Positions 59,201 to 64,000 of a stretch of DNA of 64,000 nucleotides are shown piece by piece; within the stretch, counting starts at the first letter, position 1, and every line of letters begins with the position of its first letter. The notes under the pieces were generated by a model, which was not told where the DNA came from, did not search any database, and worked only from the letters and a program-made list of their open reading frames with translations. A program made the position numbers and the translations under genes. The stretch spans positions 64,001-128,000 of IMG/VR virus record IMGVR_UViG_3300024518_000034. One strand, given 5' to 3'. This stretch comes from a virus.

Positions 59201-59426
59201 TTATGAAGTTTACTATACAAAGACTAAACAGTGGATAGTAATAAGAGAAGAGGAGAACAGATATAGAATATCAATCCCCTGTCGTGGGAAGAATGATCAT
59301 GTGATAAGTAAAAGTCTGTGGGAGGTTCAAGATCGTGGTGGACTTTTGACCATTACTCCTGCTATAATGTGTACGGCATGTGGACTAAGAATAATTGTTG
59401 CAGAGGGACAAATGAAGAACACATGA
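59193..59426 (+). CDS. Hypothetical protein
   Basis: LTITPAIMC-CG motif. Confidence 0.55.
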   Translation: MNSYEVYYTKTKQWIVIREEENRYRISIPCRGKNDHVISKSLWEVQDRGGLLTITPAIMCTACGLRIIVAEGQMKNT

Positions 59427-59470
59427 TAAAAAATAGGGGATGTTGAGTTTCAACATAGAAAGGTATAGAG

Positions 59471-59863
59471 ATGGCAAAAGTGATGTCAAGAAAAACAAAA
59501 GGAAATAATATTACAGTTAAATTATGTCATAAAAAACCAAGGACGTTGATGTCAATGGGTTTTGCACAGTTCGAAAAGAGAAACAGAAAAGTAGAGATTA
59601 TTTCAGCTTCTAAAAAATGGATTAGGTACATAAAGAGTTGGAAGAATAGTTTCGATAAGGACATTGGAGACATAAGTAAGCTGAATATATACAAGGCTAG
59701 ACCACACCTTTTTGAAAATGTGGAAATCGTAGGAAGATTGTGGGGAGCAGTAATCATAGAACAAGACTTTGAGTCTAACATGTGTAGACTTGCAGCCCAC
59801 GGTGGAGAGAAGCTGAATGGTGTGTTATGCACATTGTTCTTAGAAAAGAAAGAGGAGAAGTGA
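59471..59863 (+). CDS. Hypothetical protein
   Basis: 130 aa ORF with SD. Confidence 0.6.
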   Translation: MAKVMSRKTKGNNITVKLCHKKPRTLMSMGFAQFEKRNRKVEIISASKKWIRYIKSWKNSFDKDIGDISKLNIYKARPHLFENVEIVGRLWGAVIIEQDFESNMCRLAAHGGEKLNGVLCTLFLEKKEEK

Positions 59864-59864
59864 G

Positions 59865-60110
59865 ATGGATAGAGACGTGCATGATAAATTTAGAGAGTTG
59901 TCTGGTCAAATTAGTGACTTAGCAGATTCCGTACAGAGTTTTGGGAAAAGACTGGAAAAGTCTAAAGAAGGTGAATTAGATAAACATGAAATTATGGTGG
60001 AGATAGAAGAATTGAAGGCGAGACTGACAAAAACTGAAAAAGTGAAGACAGCGGTAAAGAAGAGAGTTGTAAAGAAAAAGAAAGCGACAACAAAGACAAC
60101 AAATGAATAA
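59865..60110 (+). CDS. Small coiled-coil protein
   Basis: Heptads, basic tail. Confidence 0.6.
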   Translation: MDRDVHDKFRELSGQISDLADSVQSFGKRLEKSKEGELDKHEIMVEIEELKARLTKTEKVKTAVKKRVVKKKKATTKTTNE

Positions 60111-60888
60111 GTTAAATGACTTGAGTCCAAGCGAGTGGATACATTGGACGAAAACATGCTGGATGACTGACTATCCGGTAGACTCAACATTTTGCGTTAG
60201 AAAAGAACTTAAGACGACAAAATCACCACAGGCGATGAGAGACATAATTTCGTTTTTCACCAAAGAGGGAGATAGAGTCTTAGACACTTTTGCTGGAGTG
60301 GGGAGTACACTCATAGCAGCCTTGCTATGTGGAAGAGAAGCCGTTGGCATTGAGATGGATGAGAGACACTGTCAGATTTTTGACCAGATTAAAAGTACAT
60401 TCGTCTTGAAGGGCGGCACACTAGTTCCAACTTTAAATAAAGTAGAGGGGCAAATGTGGGCCTCTACGAGGATGATAAACGATGACTGTATGTTGAGATT
60501 ACCAAGGCTCAAGAAGGATTCGGTAGATCTAGTGTTATGCGACCCGCCACACGGTCCACAAGGATATCACGCCAAGGAAGGATTAGGTTCAAGTAAGACC
60601 ACTGAAGAGTTTATTGACAGTATGGCCAAACTTGGCGAAGGCGTTCGTGAAGTGTTGAGGGACGACAAATATTGGGTTATCATAATGGGAGACAGATACC
60701 AGGATGGTGAGTATATTCCACTGACCTACATGCTGGCTACTAAGATGCAGGAGTGTGGGTTTAAACTTAAAGGCATTAAGGTGTGGATCAATCAGGTCAC
60801 ACAGAAGAATCTTAAGGCGTTCAGAGTAGGTGAATCTTTTGTGCCAAATATTGTGCATGAGAACTTAATTATATTGAGGAAAGAATAA
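60103..60888 (+). CDS. Amino-methyltransferase (N4-C/N6-A DNA methylase-like)
   Basis: VLDTFAGVGST (motif I), GIEM, DLVLCDPPH (motif IV variant). Confidence 0.8.
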   Translation: MNKLNDLSPSEWIHWTKTCWMTDYPVDSTFCVRKELKTTKSPQAMRDIISFFTKEGDRVLDTFAGVGSTLIAALLCGREAVGIEMDERHCQIFDQIKSTFVLKGGTLVPTLNKVEGQMWASTRMINDDCMLRLPRLKKDSVDLVLCDPPHGPQGYHAKEGLGSSKTTEEFIDSMAKLGEGVREVLRDDKYWVIIMGDRYQDGEYIPLTYMLATKMQECGFKLKGIKVWINQVTQKNLKAFRVGESFVPNIVHENLIILRKE

Positions 60889-61208
60889 TGTATGGGTACG
60901 TAGTGATGGTAGATGGAGATTGCTGGCATTTGGCGGTGGATCAGGACGAAGCTTTTGATGTTGCGCAATCAGAGGTAAATCAGTACATTTGTGATTTTTA
61001 TAGACATAAATTACCTATGAATGTAGAAAGAGAAGGGTTTGATCCAGATATAAGAGTGCATGTTTTAAATGCAGCGAGCGAACTGGAATTGCCTTTACAA
61101 AAGTGGGTGGACGAAAATTATCAAGAAACAATAGAGTACAATGAAGATCAAGAAAAAAGAGAATACGCAAGATATCTGGAGCTAAAAGAGAAGTATGAAA
61201 ATAGTTAG
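60888..61208 (+). CDS. Hypothetical protein
   Basis: C-terminal YARYLELKEKYE motif. Confidence 0.6.
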   Translation: MYGYVVMVDGDCWHLAVDQDEAFDVAQSEVNQYICDFYRHKLPMNVEREGFDPDIRVHVLNAASELELPLQKWVDENYQETIEYNEDQEKREYARYLELKEKYENS

Positions 61209-61542
61209 TTTTGGATTCAAATATGGTCAGCCTAGGGCGAATCATTATTTTGATGTAAGTTGGATTAAGAATCCTGCTAGAGGAGAGGGCAGAAACTTGT
61301 TTTCACCTATGGATACTGGAATAATAAATGAGGTTCTGCAAGATCAAGCTGTGAAAGATTTTTTAAGCAAAGTAATTCCTTTACTTGATTTCTTGTCCAA
61401 AAAAGATGTAATGGTAGTTGCTTTTGGATGTTCTGCCGGAAGACACAGATCACCGATAATCGCAGAAACGGTTGCTAAGGCACTTTCTAAAGTATATAAA
61501 ATAGATGTTACGATTGAACACAGAGATATAGACCTATGTTAG
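61195..61542 (+). CDS. Stand-alone RapZ C-terminal-like domain
   Basis: IVSFGFKYG-FDV-NP-VAFGCSAGRHRS-EHRD. Confidence 0.85.
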   Translation: MKIVSFGFKYGQPRANHYFDVSWIKNPARGEGRNLFSPMDTGIINEVLQDQAVKDFLSKVIPLLDFLSKKDVMVVAFGCSAGRHRSPIIAETVAKALSKVYKIDVTIEHRDIDLC

Positions 61543-62279
61543 AAGAAAGAATAGATGAATTGAATCCTTGGTATTATTCAGTACAAATGGGCGGGGGCCG
61601 CCGTACTATGCCAGGCATTGGATCTAAACAGAATCATACTGAACTAATAGATAGGCAAAACTATAGATATAAACTATTGGTTGATCCTATATTAGAAAAG
61701 TATGATTTTAAAAATAAAACCATATTGGATGTAGCTTGTAATTGTGCATATTGGAGTTCACAGTATGTGAAGAAAGGAAGAGCTACAGCAATAATTGGAA
61801 TAGAAGGTAGGAAGGAATATGTAGAACAAGCATATCTATATTGGGGGTTGAATGACTTCCTTCCAGCTACAAACTTGGCCTTTGTCCAGATGGATGTGAT
61901 GGACAAAGAAATGTGGGAAAAGCTTAAAATAGATGATCAAGTGGATTTTACATTATGCGCTGGAATACTGTATCATGTGAGTGATTACAAATGGTTGGTG
62001 CAAAAGATCTGTAATGTTACGAAAGAAGCGATTTTGATAGATACGAGGGTGTCTAAAGATGAAAAGAAGATTGAGGAACCAGGAGGTTGGTGTTTCGACG
62101 GAGTAGGAGACAAAGTAGTTAAGGTGAATCCTAACACGAAAAGCATTTGTAAAATTTTGGTAGATAATGGTTTTAAACATGTAGAAATAATTCCTCATGC
62201 GGGTCCAGTTCCTCCAGAGATGAAGAACAATGACAACTATGAGACAGGCGGAAGAGTAACTATACTAGCTAAAAAATGA
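61536..62279 (+). CDS. SAM-dependent methyltransferase (CmoB/DUF1698-like)
   Basis: PWYYSV, ILDVACNCAYW, GIEGR, LCAGILYHV, LIDT. Confidence 0.85.
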   Translation: MLEERIDELNPWYYSVQMGGGRRTMPGIGSKQNHTELIDRQNYRYKLLVDPILEKYDFKNKTILDVACNCAYWSSQYVKKGRATAIIGIEGRKEYVEQAYLYWGLNDFLPATNLAFVQMDVMDKEMWEKLKIDDQVDFTLCAGILYHVSDYKWLVQKICNVTKEAILIDTRVSKDEKKIEEPGGWCFDGVGDKVVKVNPNTKSICKILVDNGFKHVEIIPHAGPVPPEMKNNDNYETGGRVTILAKK

Positions 62280-62830
62280 AAGAATTAGAAAAGTACAAAA
62301 GAATAGTGGTTTCAGGATGTCAGCGTAGTGGCACAACTATTTTGACAAAGATGATAGCACATACGCTGGGATATACCAAACTAGATGAGTTTCAGGTATA
62401 TCCACACAATCTGGCTAATATGTCTGAGACATTAAAGAGAGAAAAAGTAGTAATTCATAGTCCTCAGTTGACTTCTAGATTACATCAGATAACTGCGCCA
62501 TCCACATGCATTGTTTGGATTACAAGACCGTTTGGCGAAATAAGAAAATCGATGAATCGTATAGGTTGGCAGATTGAAGAAGAGGAAAGGCAAAAATATA
62601 TACATAGGTTTGCAAAGATAGTAAAAGGTATTAATTATAACCAACCAATAGAAAAACTAAAGCATGATTTCTGGCAGTGGCAAAAGCAAAGAATGAAGGT
62701 TGATTGGATAGAACATAAGTACGAAAGTGAATATATGAAAACTCATGAGTTGTTTAGGAATAGTGAACAACGTAAAGAATTCAACCCAAAACAAACAAGT
62801 GAGGATAATCGATCAGGAAGAGATTGGTAA
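62276..62830 (+). CDS. Sulfotransferase-like protein
   Basis: IVVSGCQRSGTT (5'-PSB loop), WITRP-RKS (3'-PB). Confidence 0.72.
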   Translation: MKELEKYKRIVVSGCQRSGTTILTKMIAHTLGYTKLDEFQVYPHNLANMSETLKREKVVIHSPQLTSRLHQITAPSTCIVWITRPFGEIRKSMNRIGWQIEEEERQKYIHRFAKIVKGINYNQPIEKLKHDFWQWQKQRMKVDWIEHKYESEYMKTHELFRNSEQRKEFNPKQTSEDNRSGRDW

Positions 62831-63805
62831 ATGAAGCCGCTATGTTCAGTACAGATAGAACTTACAAATCACTGTAATTACAAATGTAAGTTTTGCCCAC
62901 AAGCTTATTATAAAGATCCTCTATATAAAGATACCCCTTTTGATCGAAAGAAGGGGTATATGTCGTTTGAGACATTTAAGAGATCAGTGACGCAGTGCAA
63001 GAACTTTGCACAAGAGATTAACTTCTCCTATTTTGGAGAACCTACCCTACACCCAGAATATCGCAAGATGTTCAGGTGGTTAAAACATAACAAAGGACAT
63101 CTTAGAATAATTCTAAACTCAAATCTTTCATTAGTTACAAATGATATATTTGATGCATGGATGGATACAGGTGTGACACAATGTAGGTTTAGTATAGACG
63201 CAGCTACTTCTGATACCTACGAGAAGGTAAGACCAGGAGGGCCAGTTAAGGATTATTTGACTGGAGAGTTTAAGTCATATCAAGACAGATTAACAAAGAT
63301 AAAAGAAAAAGTGATTGTGTGGTTTGGTAAGAAAGGTCATTGTCCAACAAGGCATGTCTACGTTGTATGTAAAAGAAACAAGAGCGAGATAGTACCTTAT
63401 CTGAGGTTTTGGCAACCATGGTTGGGACCAAATGATGAGATTGTAGTTAAAAGTGTGTTGACCTACGGTGGCGTGATCCACAAAGGGACACCAGACTTTG
63501 ATGGCATTACTGACAGCAATCCTTGCAATGTTTGGTCACAGGACAGCATGACCATAGCTTGGAATGGCGATATAACACCGTGTAATCTCGATGTAAACGT
63601 CGGACTAAGGATTGGCAATATTAAAAATAATACGTTGAAGGAGCTACACAGGGGTCAAAAATGGCAGCAATTGAAGAAACTTTCTGATAGGAGAGAAATC
63701 TCACCTTGCAAGACTTGCCACGATGCAAACAATTGGAGTAAGAATGTAGTGGTTAAGAAAGGTGACAAGATAAATAATGCAATCGCCAATTCTTTTTCTA
63801 GCTAG
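62831..63805 (+). CDS. Radical SAM/SPASM-domain protein
   Basis: CNYKCKFC, FGEPTLHP, NSN, FSIDAA; SPASM C-W-G-PC-D, CKTC. Confidence 0.92.
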   Translation: MKPLCSVQIELTNHCNYKCKFCPQAYYKDPLYKDTPFDRKKGYMSFETFKRSVTQCKNFAQEINFSYFGEPTLHPEYRKMFRWLKHNKGHLRIILNSNLSLVTNDIFDAWMDTGVTQCRFSIDAATSDTYEKVRPGGPVKDYLTGEFKSYQDRLTKIKEKVIVWFGKKGHCPTRHVYVVCKRNKSEIVPYLRFWQPWLGPNDEIVVKSVLTYGGVIHKGTPDFDGITDSNPCNVWSQDSMTIAWNGDITPCNLDVNVGLRIGNIKNNTLKELHRGQKWQQLKKLSDRREISPCKTCHDANNWSKNVVVKKGDKINNAIANSFSS

Positions 63806-64000
63806 AGGCCATTCAGGAACATCTATCTTATCGAAGATACTTGAAGCTAACGGAGTATTTATGGGAGATCATAAATCGCTCAATCCTACTTACGATTCAT
63901 TGCCATGGACCTATGATTTCCAAAGGAAACTTCTGCCAATGTGTTGGGAATACGGCAAAGGATGTTCGCCTAAGAAACCAGAAGTTATGACTGTTGCGGC
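63777..64000 (+). CDS. Sulfotransferase, 3'-truncated by the window end
   Basis: MQSPILFLARGHSGTSILSKILEANGVFMG. Confidence 0.75.
   Translation, partial: MQSPILFLARGHSGTSILSKILEANGVFMGDHKSLNPTYDSLPWTYDFQRKLLPMCWEYGKGCSPKKPEVMTVA

Overview
A 64-kb segment of a large (probably jumbo) tailed dsDNA bacteriophage genome. It is AT-rich, densely coding, almost entirely on the + strand, and uses the standard genetic code. In order: (1) a replication/recombination module (DnaE-type Pol III alpha, SSB-like protein, RecA, SbcD/SbcC, RuvC-like resolvase, HNH); (2) about 14 kb with seven glycosyltransferase genes (eight GT domains) plus a methyltransferase, type II glutamine synthetase, an isocitrate lyase next to a CitE-like acyl-CoA lyase (glyoxylate-shunt-like pair), MazG and a WGR protein; (3) a sigma-like factor, WYL-domain proteins flanking an APS kinase (CysC), and terminase; (4) large low-complexity putative head proteins with recurrent basic-x-Ala motifs, and holin-like genes; (5) 13 tRNA genes (several atypical) interspersed with candidate structured RNAs, a patatin and a P-loop kinase; (6) a terminator/promoter-rich intergenic block with an AT-rich repeat array, a repeat-rich coiled-coil protein and a minimal HUH endonuclease; (7) nucleotide/DNA modification genes and a methyltransferase, sulfotransferase, radical SAM, sulfotransferase cluster running off the window end. 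No portal, major capsid or tail gene was recognised. Family calls come from motif recognition by eye; no database search was run.
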